Assembly: GCF_001194135.2 (NCBI RefSeq)
Contig: NC_069000.1
Coordinates: forward strand, 1,981,242 to 2,034,973
Reading direction: 5' to 3'
Origin: Octopus bimaculoides
Lineage: Eukaryota
Length of the DNA: 53,732 bases
Shown one piece after another: positions 1 to 13,195 of this stretch; the stretch's first letter is position 1, and each line of letters starts with the position of its first letter. The notes beneath the pieces were generated by a model. It was not told the DNA's origin and searched no databases. It saw only the letters and a program-made list of their open reading frames with translations. The translations under genes were made by a program, and so were the position numbers.

Positions 1-56
1 ATATATATATATATATGTGTATACATATATATGTATAAATAATATGTACACATATA

Positions 57-90
<34 letters not shown>

Positions 91-180
91 CACGCACACA
101 TGGAAAGAATACATAACCAGAATGACTAATAATATAATAGATACACATATAAAACTTTGTAAGTATGTGTGTGTGTGTGT
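1..180. repeat. Compound (TA)n/(TG)n/(CA)n microsatellite
   Basis: Directly visible dinucleotide runs. Confidence 0.95.
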
Positions 181-679
181 TTGTGATTTATTTATTTATT
201 TATAAGTAGGTTGATGTTCTTGACGAAGTTTGTTACCGAGTTTATAGTGCATAAGGCTTATAAAACAGGAAGAAAAATTATGAAGTAGGAAAAATCGATT
301 TGCTAGCAAGTAATTCTATGTAATTAGCCTGGTATCTAAAAATATAAGCGTTCGTTGGTGTACTTAGAAACCGACCTTCTCGCTGGAATAATAGAGATAA
401 CAATATTCTTTGAATAGATACAACAAAGACACTGTTTGCTTGCTGAATCAGCTCTGCTATCAGTGATGCTATATTCTAGCATTGTATTTCTGGCTAATTA
501 TTTACTCTTCTGAAGTGAATTAGCACAAGCAATTGTAAGTTCGATAAAACGCAGTCGTCAGTATCTTTTAATGGTTCCTTACTTTCTGTTTTCGAATCCA
601 GCCGACGTTGGGATTGCGTTGTATATTATGTATATATTTTTATATCTATACAAAATTATGAAATCGATAAAATTGTTTC

Positions 680-870
680 CGATTTAGGTACTAGACTATC
701 AAAATGGAGGTAAGGCTTACTCTAATCCCCACCCTTGTGAAATTTTGTACTTTATTTTTATCGACACCAATGACATAAAACGGGAATATAACATAATGCG
801 TGATTTGAACTCAGAACTTCAAAGCTCCAAACAGAAACGCTAGGCAATTCTTCCCACTTCTACCACCGCA
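680..870 (-). mobile_element. Degenerate tRNA-derived SINE, family A
   Basis: Contains 'tttatcgacacc...gatttgaactcagaac', matching better family A copies (22164-22393, 30491-30666). Confidence 0.5.
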
Positions 871-1330
871 CTTGTCAATTTTAAATTAATGACAAAAGAT
901 GGTTTCTACCATAACGTCCCAACTACCCCAGAACTTTTTATATTTTATGCGTGTATATTCAATCTCATAAATTTATATCACTTCATTTATTTCACTAATT
1001 GATTCAAAATAGGAATTAATAAAAGCACAATTCAAGCTGTAAGTTTGATGACATCCTCCATGATCTAATCTCAACTTCCAGGCCTTGTTTGTCTGCATTT
1101 GAAAGCGGTCGTTCGTCCTTAATTAATAAGGTATTTCAGTACTAGAAACGAATCATAGAATTTTTGTCTCCTGGTTTCTTGGGACAGTTTTTGTAAAGAT
1201 ATTGGATGTGTAACATGCTGCATGAGTAAGAAGCAGGCTTCCCAAGTATGTAGCCATTTGGAAAATAGTGGATGTACCAACTTTAAAATAAAGCAAATTA
1301 ACGGAGAATAGGTAGGTAGGTACCTAGATA

Positions 1331-1457
1331 GATGATCTAGTGGTTAAGTTGTTCGGCTTGTGAGGACGATATTTAGGTCGTAGGGTCGACTTTTTTCTCA
1401 GGCAGCAGGTAGTGGCCCTGAGCAAGGAAATTCATTTCCTGTTATCCTCATCTGAAC
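1331..1457 (+). mobile_element. tRNA-headed SINE fragment with CORE-like segment
   Basis: A-box-like 'tctagtggttaag'; 'gtggccctgagcaagg...ttatcctcatctg' resembles the CORE domain; similar to 25821-25942. Confidence 0.45.
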
Positions 1458-2395
1458 ATATACCCTAGACCAGCGTTTGCTCAGCCATTCTCCCACTCCA
1501 GCTGCGGCGTTGTAGATATTCCGCTGCTGTCAAGCGTAGCATTGTCGACAGAGTCTCTACGTAAGCTCGCGACTACATACCGATTATACCGGCACATCTG
1601 CACAATGCGTCCCCTACGGTTGGACCGAGCAGGAATCAGGATTTCTAATTCTTTTGTTTGTTGATTTTGGAAGGAGACTTCATTTGGGTCATGCTTGCTT
1701 GCACCTACTGACGGAAATAATAGTAAGTCCATCGTGATTAATGACATCCACCACTATTTCTGCAATGGTTTAATCATCTTTCTATTTTATGTAATTCTAT
1801 TTCAAAAGAACTTGTATTGTTTTCAGTGATAGCAATTTCTGCTGAAGTAACACATCGCCGATGATATTAACGAGACTCGGCTTATTTATTACGACTTACT
1901 TCCTTACAACTGCGTGAAAACGAAAGAGAATAATAAATAATAAATTAAAGGTGATAGGAAAACAAATTCATAGAAAGAAAATGCAACAAGTTGCTATCAC
2001 AATCAAGTAATTCACCCGAGAAGGAATGGAAGTGAAGAAAAAAAAGTACAAATACAAAAAGGTCTATTTAAGTTTACTATCATGCTGCAACGATATCGTG
2101 TTTTATGTTATCTCTCACGGTAATAAAGAGTATGTACAAAATAACATGGAAGAAAAATAAAACAGTCACACACACAGAGACTCACTGACAGACAGGCAGA
2201 CACATACACAAACACATGCAAAATGAACGAGTCAAATTCTCTTAATTCACTTACTGAGAGAACTGGAAGTCAAATAATAAACAATGCTACACCTCCGTTT
2301 AGAATCAATGAAATGTAAGGTATGAATTGTATGGCACACCCACTCAAGTTTATTGCGTCACACGTCGTACACACACACACACACATAGTATAGTG

Positions 2396-2551
2396 GTTAC
2401 TAAAACGACGGAGGGTGCTAGTGAGCACCAGCATTGCTAGAAATAAATGTCAAAGCAACATTTAGCCACGGTAGAGCACTTTTCTAAGTTGTTTTCACTC
2501 TTATTTCTAGCAATACTGGTGCTCACTAGCACCCTCCATCACTTTAATTAC
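2396..2551. repeat. Near-perfect inverted repeat (MITE-like or hairpin element)
   Basis: Arms 2410-2446 and 2501-2537 are reverse complements at 36/37 nt; imperfect pairing continues outward to 2396/2551 and inward. Confidence 0.9.
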
Positions 2552-5500
2552 GCGCATGTGTGTGTGTATGCCTGTGTGTATTTCTTTTTTTTTCGTCTTG
2601 TGTCTTTAAGTTAAGCGATCAATGAAATATGCATTAGATAGAAGTGTTTATTATTGTCGATATAATCGATCGAACCAGTCATGATGAAATCCCATCCAGA
2701 TCGCCATCCAATGAGTGTAACACGCCAAAAAACTTTAGTGTACTAACTGCCCATATAGAGTGTTATAAGCAATTCGCAAATTTTTGAAGTATGGTTATAA
2801 AAATCCCAGAATAGCCTGTAGTTCAGACAAAGAAAAAAAACTTTATAAGTGAATGTTGGTCTGATCGAATTATTGATACGTATAATTTCTGAGTATGGAA
2901 TAAATTAATATTGATCGAACAGCGTTGGCATATTAACATACTAGATATTAAAAAAAGCAAAAAACAAAAACATAAAAAAAGAAACAAAAGAGCATAAAAA
3001 ACAAACCTTGTTTTCTCACCGATAATGCTGTAGACCTTTGAAAATATCAATACATGAATGGCAGCTGCAGTGAATAAGACTGTGGTGAGCGGATATAGAG
3101 TAACGAAATTTCTTTCTCATTTCAGCCATTTTGTTTTAATTCTTTTTTTGCCGCTGTATAAGACGCACTCGTGCATTAGACATAGCACTACATTTTTGTG
3201 GAGAAATTATATTGTGTAGAAGAAACAAATTTAACGTATTTCATCATCATACTCATACACCCGCTTTCATTTGATGCATGGAAATTTTTTTGCCACATTT
3301 ATGAATAAAAGATGCGGGTTTTAAACTCCGGCATTTAAGGTAATATTTTAGTATGGATACTTGTCAGATATTGGAAAATAAATTCTTCCTCCTTATACTG
3401 AACTTGTTGAAGATCTTTGTGAGAGCCAGTCTATCAGTGTGAGTTGTTTTGAATCGTTTCTTTAATAAATTTCTACCATATTTCAGTGTTATCATTTCAA
3501 TCAACATTTGCCCGCGGCACACCTTCCCAAATTGCTTGACAAAAATATGCAAGTAAATCTCGCTCAAATCCTACCTTACACACACATACAAAAGAACAAA
3601 GACACAGCGGTAATACTGTGCAGTAGTAGCAAACGCCGTCACAATAACAAAACCAACAACAACAACAAATAAAGAGAAATCGATGAATTGGAAGATATAG
3701 ATCTGAATTAAATCTTCCTACTTTTATAAAATATTCTTATAAAACAAATGTATTTACAGGTAAACCATTTTGCATATATTAGTTTAGTAATGGTGCTTCC
3801 TATTTTGTTTGTTTTTGTCCTTCGTGGATTAATCAGACGAAGAAGGGAAGCTGTCTTGAATTTTTGCTGCGGATTATCTAAAACTATTGGAAAATAGCGA
3901 GAAGAACTACAAGTTATCGAGTTCTGTTCAGAGTAGGGCCGGGACTGAATACGTACAACAAGGTGAAGCCTTTTAAATTCATCCGAGTATAATTATATGC
4001 CGTCCATCTCCGAGAAGAGATGCAGATCTCATTTTCGCAAGATGACCCTCTATATACTTTTACACACTTCACATTATGGTTGAAATCAGTTGGACAACGT
4101 ATGACAAAGTGTCTGTCATACAATGAAATTGAATGCGGACATAATGGTTGCGAAGTAGACGTTTTTTACCAGACAGCCATAAAAGCGCTTAGACTCACTA
4201 TCATCATAGATCTAAATTTTGGTAGACTATTTGTCATCCAATATAATTGTCATTGATTTATAAATACCAGCCGAGCAAAAGATATGCATTAAAATAGATT
4301 AAAAGTGCTACATTTCAGCGAGCGTATTGATTCCCGTCTTCTTGTGATGTTATCCCTAAACCAATGAACAGGAAGATTGAAAGTAAACACAATTTCGAAG
4401 TCAGAGAAGAAATCTGCTATTTAAGGCCGCATTGTCACTGATTGAACTCCGGTCAGAGAGGAGTTCTTTGAACTTTCCATTTACAATCAAAGGGAAAAGT
4501 TGGAATAAAAACGAATATTTACCGATTACAGAGAAAGTACAAAAAGTAGCAATCTTCTGATTGTAGGTATATATTAAAATGTTCGATAGAAAAGCGACCC
4601 TTACCGATAGAGATAGCTTTCTTGGATATAAACATGAAACGAACGGCTTCGAAACGATGGCGGCATATATATTATGAAGAAAAGGTTATAACTATAATTT
4701 CTTATCGCATCTCTCTTTGATACATAAATTGTGACAATTGCGACATGTGCCAAGAACAAAAAGGACCTTAATCTTTTTCGGATTGGTTGGGAATATTTCC
4801 TATTTCATACTTTCACAACATAAAATAAATTCGAAAGTAAATGATTCTTATGACAGCGTTTGCGAAAACTTTTACACAAAGCAGATTTCCTAACCAAATT
4901 AATTATTGTTATCGTTATTGGCAATAAAATTAGTTGAAATTCTTTGTTGTATGTTGTTTTATATTTAACTTTGTTGCATCAATCAAAAATTAAATCGTGC
5001 AATGCTCACATATGCAGCTGACATATAACGAGGTAGTTTAATCTCTTAGAAAAACCTTACCGATAAATTCACCTCACTGAAATATATAAATTATAACAGT
5101 AGGATTACAAGTGACAGTGCATTAAAAGCAAAATAATTATTTTAGTCATAACAGAAATGGCAATACACTAAAATACATTACAATTACTATTATTGGAAAA
5201 GCGAAAGTCGATCGATACAAACCAGAAACACAAATTTCGTGTTACTAGTGAGGATCATTGAATAGATATAAGCTGGTAGCAAATCAAATCTGCAACGCGG
5301 GGTGAGTCAAAGTTCGATCTGAGAAACTTCTATCGAGTTGCTAGGGGCTTGGCGAAAAGCCCCCAAAGTCACATTGTCATATTCCCTTTCTTCTTTCTAC
5401 AGACATCCGTTTGTTCTTATGAGTTCTTTAGTTCTTTATAAATACGTTAGAGGTCTCTTATATGTGTAATATACTGAGGTAAAATACTTCAATCAAGTCT

Positions 5501-6429
5501 TGAATGAAAATATTCAAGAAATGTATAAGCAACATCTCCCTCTAGGGGGTGTTTAAAATCTAAAGCAACAAATAAGGGAAATAACTCCAACAGGATCATT
5601 TGGTCGAAATCGTTGGAAAATATGGACAACAATGTAGATTAATGGGAATTTAGGTGATTCATGTGTTTATAGCTTCGTTTATCGCACGCCATCATAATTT
5701 TTCAACTGACTATATTAAATGTGTGATAGCGTACCGTACATCATGTGTAGGGAGGAGAATAGCTGAGTAGAGGAAATATGAGCTCAGCATACAGTGAGGA
5801 GCAGACGCCGTTATAGTAGCGGTAAAGAAGGCAGAGAGGAGACAGCAGACATGTTGGCCAAATATTAACAAGCTTATTGCAACATAATATGGCGGTGACC
5901 GGGACCAAAATTTGTTTCACCGTAATCTCGGTTTTGCTCCAGGTATGAGTCTGGAATAAGGCAGAAGGAAAATTTTGGGAATCCTGTCTTATTGAATAGA
6001 TCTGTAATTCCATGGACGGTCTTCTTACACGCTGTCCCACTGAGCTTTCCTTAGGGGTGGAATATGTATACATTTAAACTCTTATTCAGTGAGTAGGGCA
6101 TTGCTTCAAACGTACAACTGGAACATTCGTCGAAACTGACTGAGATCCATTTTATTTTTGTTTTTCCTTCCGTAAGGTGAATTTGAAATGATTTGTATTA
6201 GTAATCGATATTACGGCACCAAATCAGTTTGATGGTAATTATGCCTTGATTTATCGCATTTGCCACACAGACCCAAATCATCGATTTGTTACATTGACAA
6301 AGGGCCATAAATTTGCACAGGAGGGTCTAATCGATGAAATCGATCATAGTTTATGGTTAGTACATATTATAATAATATGTGAAAAGAAGAAAAGCGTATC
6401 GGCAAGACTTAAACTTGGAACTCCTACGT

Positions 6430-6830
6430 GCTTGTCTCAACTGCTAGAAATGGCAGTCAAAATTTCAAATCACACCCAGCAAATGAAGCGTCGGGTAATT
6501 TAGTTCTGGGTGTCCTCGGTATAGACGCGGAAGATAAGGTGATCACGGCTAAATGATTTACTGTACCCGTTAAAAATTATAAGAAAGAAAAAAGAAAAAC
6601 GGTAACCATTGAGAAATTAGAACCGTAAAGAGAACTTGTACGTGGTCGGGCGATGAACTAGAAGTATCTGCCTATACCTTCCTCAGAAACGACCATCTTA
6701 AAAGAAAAAAAATTGAGGATATAGACGTCTTATAAAAGCTTAATGAATAACCGCGGCTGGAATGCGTTTGTTCACAATACTGTTTAATTAAGGCTGAGCT
6801 AGGACTGAATAAATAAATCTACGGCACCAG
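6430..6830 (+). mobile_element. Unclassified interspersed repeat, family E (two partial copies in tandem)
   Basis: Motifs 'ctgctagaaatggcagtc...aatcacaccc' and 'cggctggaatgcgtttg' recur at 26340-26475, 36015-36110 (reverse) and 38570-38745. Confidence 0.45.
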
Positions 6831-6942
6831 CAACAAACGCCACAGTAACAATAACAACGTCAACAACATGAATCATAAAGTCATTAACAACAACAATGAC
6901 AGAAGCAGCACAATAGCAGCTAGAACAACAACAACACTTACA

Positions 6943-7125
6943 TTGGTTTCAAATGTTGGCACAAAGCCAGCAATTTTGGATGAGGGGTTTGGTCGATTCC
7001 ATCGACTCTAGTGTTCAACTGGTACTTGTCTTATCGACCATGATAGGATGGAAGGCAAAGTGAACCACGTTACTATTTGAACCCAGAACGTCAAGCGGCG
7101 GAACAAACGCCAGAGCGGTGATTTA
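6943..7125 (-). mobile_element. tRNA-derived SINE, family A
   Basis: 'tggtttcaaatgttggcacaaagccagc...gtcgattccatcgact...caactggtact...atttgaacccagaacg' is colinear with other copies. Confidence 0.85.
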
Positions 7126-8599
7126 TCTGAAGGGAATTAAGATGGGAAAATTATTTGCAGTTCTAAGCTGTAATTGCCAAGTTCAGCATTAAATATTTTT
7201 AGTAACTGGGTTAAAGTATTCTTTACATGCATCGATGTTGATAATAAATATACACACACATACACACACAAACACACACACAGGTTTCAATAATTATTAT
7301 GGAATCTAAAATAAAGATTTCTCTTACAAATTTATTTTTATGTTCATAGAAAATACAGTTTTCTTTGAAAATACAGCAGAAATATGCATAATTAATCTAT
7401 TTTAATTAAAAAAAAAAATATGATTCCTTTTTGAGAATGTATCAGAATAGAAAAAAAATGGCAACTTAGTCTTTGATTATCCTTGGTAAAAATTGTGCGC
7501 TCGTATGCATAATCACAGCTACCAATGTGCAAAAGAGAGAGTTGTAACTTGAAAGCATATGCAAACTTACATGGATACATGCATATGCAAAAACATACCT
7601 GCATATGCTATGCACACAAGCATACGTACATGCAGACACAAATATTTGAATGTGCGGGTGAGAGAGAAAGAGGGAGAGGGAGAGAGATAGCGAGCGGGAG
7701 TACGTGTGCAGGGCGGGAGGGGGCGGGGAGTTTATGTGTGTTTCGCTGAAATTTGTTGAAATTAGTAACCGATCAGTGTTAATTATTTAATCGTTTTAAT
7801 TTCGCTCAATTAGATTTAAAATCGATTAGTCAAGTGTATTGATCATGAAGAGGAATAATTTGAACAGTTTGATTAATTGATGATTTACAAGTAACTAAAT
7901 TTGTAAAATTATTTCATCTCCCATGCGTATTTCAATATTATAATGAGGGAAATTGTGCTTCGACGTTTCTTTTTAACCAATAGCTAGCAAATGTTTATCA
8001 AAATCCACTGTATTTTTCTCCAATGCATATGCACAATATCCATCCATCCATCCATCTATCTATCTATCTTTCTATCTATCACAACCACAGCTCATACTAT
8101 TTCTATCACCGAATTACCATCACAAAATACCTAAATGTGTGTATTCATTCAGTATGTTACTTGATCATGTTCAGTGGTCAGTCCCTCTTTCTCTCACATA
8201 GCCACTCTTTCTCTCTCTCTCTCTTATTACTCCCACGCCACCATCAACACAACTACTTTTAATAAAAACATAAGCTCTCCCAAATTTCTTTGTCTCTCTC
8301 TGTCTCCCACCTTTTCTCTTTCTCTCTCTCTTTCTATCTTTGCCGTTGCCCCCACCGTCTCTATGCCTACTATTATTCTCACAATAACATGAACAATAGA
8401 AGGAGTGTCAATGAATAGTGAGAGAGGGGGTCGAAGTGTAACACTGTCACATAGAAATTAGTTTTCGTATTTATTATGTTAGATATGTGTGTGTGTGTAA
8501 ATATATGTATATATCTGTATATTTATATATGTATATACACACACATATATAAATATATTATTATGATTGACCGTTGACTGAACACTATTCAATTTTTTT

Positions 8600-8756
8600 T
8601 TCTCCGTGGTTTCTCCTTGTCTCCGTATTCTTTCTGTTGAAGAGCGTAGCTCGAAACGTCAAAGACTTTCCGGATTCCCGAGCGTCATACTAATACATCC
8701 TTTTGTTATTTACACCACCTGTCCTCGTCTGTTGTTGTTTTTTCGTACATTCTCCC
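8600..8756 (+). mobile_element. Family D repeat carrying a hammerhead-like motif (Penelope/retrozyme-like), copy 1
   Basis: Colinear with 43415-43580, 52236-52370 (reverse) and 15160-15310; truncated by the N-gap at 8757. Confidence 0.75.
8629..8665 (+). ncRNA. Minimal type I hammerhead ribozyme-like motif, variant core
   Basis: TCTTT-CTGTTGA-A-GAGC(GTA)GCTC-GAAAC-GTC-AAAGA: 5-bp helix I, 4-bp helix II, loopless palindromic helix III (ACGT), GUC triplet ending at 8660. Confidence 0.55.
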
Positions 8757-9652
8757 NNNNNNNNNNNNNNNNNNNNNNNNNNNNNNNNNNNNNNNNNNNN
8801 NNNNNNNNNNNNNNNNNNNNNNNNNNNNNNNNNNNNNNNNNNNNNNNNNNNNNNNNNNNNNNNNNNNNNNNNNNNNNNNNNNNNNNNNNNNNNNNNNNNN
8901 NNNNNNNNNNNNNNNNNNNNNNNNNNNNNNNNNNNNNNNNNNNNNNNNNNNNNNNNNNNNNNNNNNNNNNNNNNNNNNNNNNNNNNNNNNNNNNNNNNNN
9001 NNNNNNNNNNNNNNNNNNNNNNNNNNNNNNNNNNNNNNNNNNNNNNNNNNNNNNNNNNNNNNNNNNNNNNNNNNNNNNNNNNNNNNNNNNNNNNNNNNNN
9101 NNNNNNNNNNNNNNNNNNNNNNNNNNNNNNNNNNNNNNNNNNNNNNNNNNNNNNNNNNNNNNNNNNNNNNNNNNNNNNNNNNNNNNNNNNNNNNNNNNNN
9201 NNNNNNNNNNNNNNNNNNNNNNNNNNNNNNNNNNNNNNNNNNNNNNNNNNNNNNNNNNNNNNNNNNNNNNNNNNNNNNNNNNNNNNNNNNNNNNNNNNNN
9301 NNNNNNNNNNNNNNNNNNNNNNNNNNNNNNNNNNNNNNNNNNNNNNNNNNNNNNNNNNNNNNNNNNNNNNNNNNNNNNNNNNNNNNNNNNNNNNNNNNNN
9401 NNNNNNNNNNNNNNNNNNNNNNNNNNNNNNNNNNNNNNNNNNNNNNNNNNNNNNNNNNNNNNNNNNNNNNNNNNNNNNNNNNNNNNNNNNNNNNNNNNNN
9501 NNNNNNNNNNNNNNNNNNNNNNNNNNNNNNNNNNNNNNNNNNNNNNNNNNNNNNNNNNNNNNNNNNNNNNNNNNNNNNNNNNNNNNNNNNNNNNNNNNNN
9601 NNNNNNNNAGCTTTATAGATAAAATATATAAAATCAATTTATATATATTTTA

Positions 9653-9695
<43 letters not shown>

Positions 9696-10231
9696 GCATA
9701 TGTAGACATAGACATACGTATAGATACTTCTACATATATATATATTTATATACACGCATACAGTTTACATCTCCCTTTTCACCCACACGTATACGCAGCT
9801 TTATATACCTACATATACGTTTTTACGTCTTATATAAAACCAAATGTGTGTCACTTCACTCAATCAGTCATTAATTCTTCGTGTTCAGAGACATGGCATA
9901 TCCTCGATTGTTACACAGTGAAAAAATTTATTTAATGAAATGCAATTTAATCTGACATCTTATTTGCCGTGAGCTTAGATATATTGTAACAATGAAAATA
10001 AGGCTTTCTACCATAGAACAGAGCTGTAGTGTTTATAATTATACAGTAGCACAGGTATTATAATGTGTATCCTCCATTATTCTTCTCGCGAGTATTAGCA
10101 GCACGAACGAAATGAAATGGCCGCAAGAATGAAAACTGCTCAACCTAGAACTACTTCAATCCAGTTCGCTTTATGTCTTCTAAACACCTTAGAGGACTCT
10201 CTTATCAAAGGGTTTTGTTATCGAATTCACT

Positions 10232-10269
10232 ATGATGATGATGGTAATGGAAATAACAACAATACTACA

Positions 10270-10324
<55 letters not shown>

Positions 10325-10327
10325 GTA

Positions 10328-10361
<34 letters not shown>
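10232..10361. repeat. (AAT)n/(GAT)n microsatellite
   Basis: Directly visible. Confidence 0.95.
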
Positions 10362-10929
10362 CGTAGGCGAAGACATACCGATTTTAATGCTTTTGCGATC
10401 ATTTTTCTTGTTGTTCTCTTCGATTCGAATCCGTTGTTATTCTAACAGCTGTCGTTGAACTTCCTGTCGGTGATGGGGATGGTGACAGCGTAATTCGACG
10501 CCATTTGGCGACATTAATGTATCGAGGTATTTAAAAGTAATTTTCAGCTATGATGTACTATTTATTCGTTTTCCTGTCACAGTTAAAATTAATTAAATCA
10601 TGGCATTATGCATGAAAATAACATCACCCTTTTCCAGTGTCTCCTTCTCCAGGCAGTTGTTTAGAATCCACTGTTGTGATAAGCCTGCCACCGTAGGCTT
10701 ATCTATATTTGATTTGATTCTTGTTTCTCCATGATGGCCTGTAACCAGTTAAACAATTCTCTTCTATCACTGGATGAGTAACGCTGATCAAAGGCCTCGG
10801 TGTGGATGCTGGATTCAGAACGCAAAGTGCAGAACCACATATGGAAGGGATGACTGACAAAATTGGCTTCTGGTGTAACTTGAACCTGAAAATCAGAGAA
10901 TCGTTAAATATACTATCACGTCTGTATTC

Positions 10930-11060
10930 CGACGCTCTCCCAGTTCGATTAATCTATTGTCCTCCCGCTGGTAATTCATTTTCAAGCTCGAAAGGACGAA
11001 GGATAAATTTGACTTGGATGGGATTTGAACTCAGAGCGCAGAATGCCGGAACAAAGAAAT
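10930..11060 (-). mobile_element. Degenerate SINE, family A
   Basis: 'cgaaaggacgaaggataaatttgac...ggatttgaactcagagcg'. Confidence 0.55.
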
Positions 11061-11154
11061 AAAAACATCTCCTTCGAAGGTTTATTTGATTTAGCTGCTA
11101 TTCACAGATACAGACAGAAAGATACAACATACGCACACACACACACATATATAT

Positions 11155-11315
11155 TTGACGGACATCTTTCAGTTTCATTCTACCAAATCCACTCACAAGG
11201 TTTCGGTGTGTCCGAGGCTATGGTAAGAGACACCTGGCCAAGTTGCCACGCAGTGGGATTGAACCCTGAAACCTGTGCTTTTGAAGCTACCTCCTTACCA
11301 CACATCCATGCTCGT
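11155..11315 (-). mobile_element. tRNA-derived SINE, family C (5' half)
   Basis: 'taccaaatccactcacaagg...gccacgcagtgggattgaaccc...cttaccacac' is the reverse complement of the head and body at 45886-46052. Confidence 0.85.
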
Positions 11316-11722
11316 GGCTATAGATAACAATTTGCCTCAACTGGCATGCAAGCTAAAACATGGAAAAATACCTGTAACCACGTTTTCTTTTTTTCTATTA
11401 TTTATTATAGCAGTCTGCATTTGGTAATTCGATTGAACGTAGAGATCCTCGTTCGCTGGCTTGTTGTATTTGATTGTATTGCTGCTTATCCTTAATACTT
11501 CATTGGCACAGACAAAAAAATAGGGACTTGATTAATTAATTAATAGCAACTTTAGTGTTACACGCCAATCGCAAACGGAAGATACATTTAGCCCCACTGG
11601 TGCTCTCATGGAATATTTCAGTCACCGGTAGAGGTAAAATTTAGTTTTCAACTAAGTAGAATATAAAACGGAAGCAGAGTGAACATTGATGTCTAGTCAA
11701 AATACATCAATATAAAGGACAG

Positions 11723-11955
<233 letters not shown>

Positions 11956-12248
11956 TAAAAATGATAAAAGTACTACATCATACGAACTTAAGAAAAAGTG
12001 AAAGAGACGTTCATGAACGAATATCATTCAAAGCAATGTTAAAGAAAACGAAAATGAAAGAAAATAAAAGAAAAAAATAATCAACATAAAAAAACCATAA
12101 CAAAACACAAATCCAAAAACGTAACGGAACGAACTGTAAAACGACAAAAACAATATATATGCATAAATGTGTATGTACATATGTGTGTATATGTGCAAAC
12201 GATTATGTACATGCATTTATATATATATATATATATATAATGTATGAA

Positions 12249-12285
<37 letters not shown>

Positions 12286-12629
12286 ACATATGATTGTGTT
12301 TCTATGTATGCATTTATAAATGTATGCATTCATATATAGGTACTGATAGATAGATGTAAAACAAAGCGCAAAGTAAAATAAAAGAAATGTATTTGTCGGA
12401 TAAAAATATCTTCCAAATGATAGATGTCTGTTGTTGGAAATGAATTCTTGTGGTAACTTTCTGTTGTTGAAAGATTCTCAGAGGATTGGTATTTGAAGTA
12501 TGTTTTTTTTTTCTTTGAGTAGTGTTCCTGAAATAACATACATCTTCTAAACTGAAGCTGACAACCAAAACAGGTGACGCAAGTGTGTCCATCATTTCGC
12601 TGTTGCTGTTTTCCGAGATACGTTTTGGC

Positions 12630-12687
<58 letters not shown>

Positions 12688-12690
12688 GTA

Positions 12691-12728
<38 letters not shown>
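12630..12728. repeat. (AAT)n microsatellite
   Basis: Directly visible. Confidence 0.95.
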
Positions 12729-12729
<1 letters not shown>

Positions 12730-13138
12730 CGACGAAATATTTTGGTGAGGATATGGAAGTTTAAGAATTGAAAATTCTTTAAGTGTTACGTTGAAAACAG
12801 AACATTTTATTGTGTATTTGTGTTTATACATACATATATATTCATAAATGTATGCCTGTATGGATGTATATATATGTATGTATGTGTATATATGTATCTT
12901 TATATACATGTATATATGTATATATATATATGTAAATCTATTTATACACATATACATATATATATATGTATATATATAATTCTATTTATACATATAATCT
13001 TAAATATACATAGTTTATATACAAATATGTAAATTGAGAAAGACAAAAGCAATACATATATGCATATNNNNNNNNNNNNNNNNNNNNNNNNNNNNNNNNN
13101 NNNNNNNNNNNNNNNNNNNNNNNNNNNNNNNNNNNNNN

Positions 13139-13195
<57 letters not shown>

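Noticed and set aside
3140-3172. pogo/Tc2-like TIR motif 'gtataagacgcac'
   Set aside because: A single short match with no second end.
5382-5950. Splice acceptor (ttccctttcttctttctacag) and donor (cag|gtatga) pair
   Set aside because: No open frame connects them; there are stops in all frames.
6488-6569. HDV-like ribozyme look-alike (GCGUC/GACGC helix, UCCUCG loop, GG, GGCUAA)
   Set aside because: P2 cannot form in register, P3 relies on two G-U pairs and P4 is weak. The stretch aligns to the interior of family E, and the neighbouring copy (~6770) has CGGCTGGAAT instead of CGGCTAAAT, so the hallmarks look like drift.
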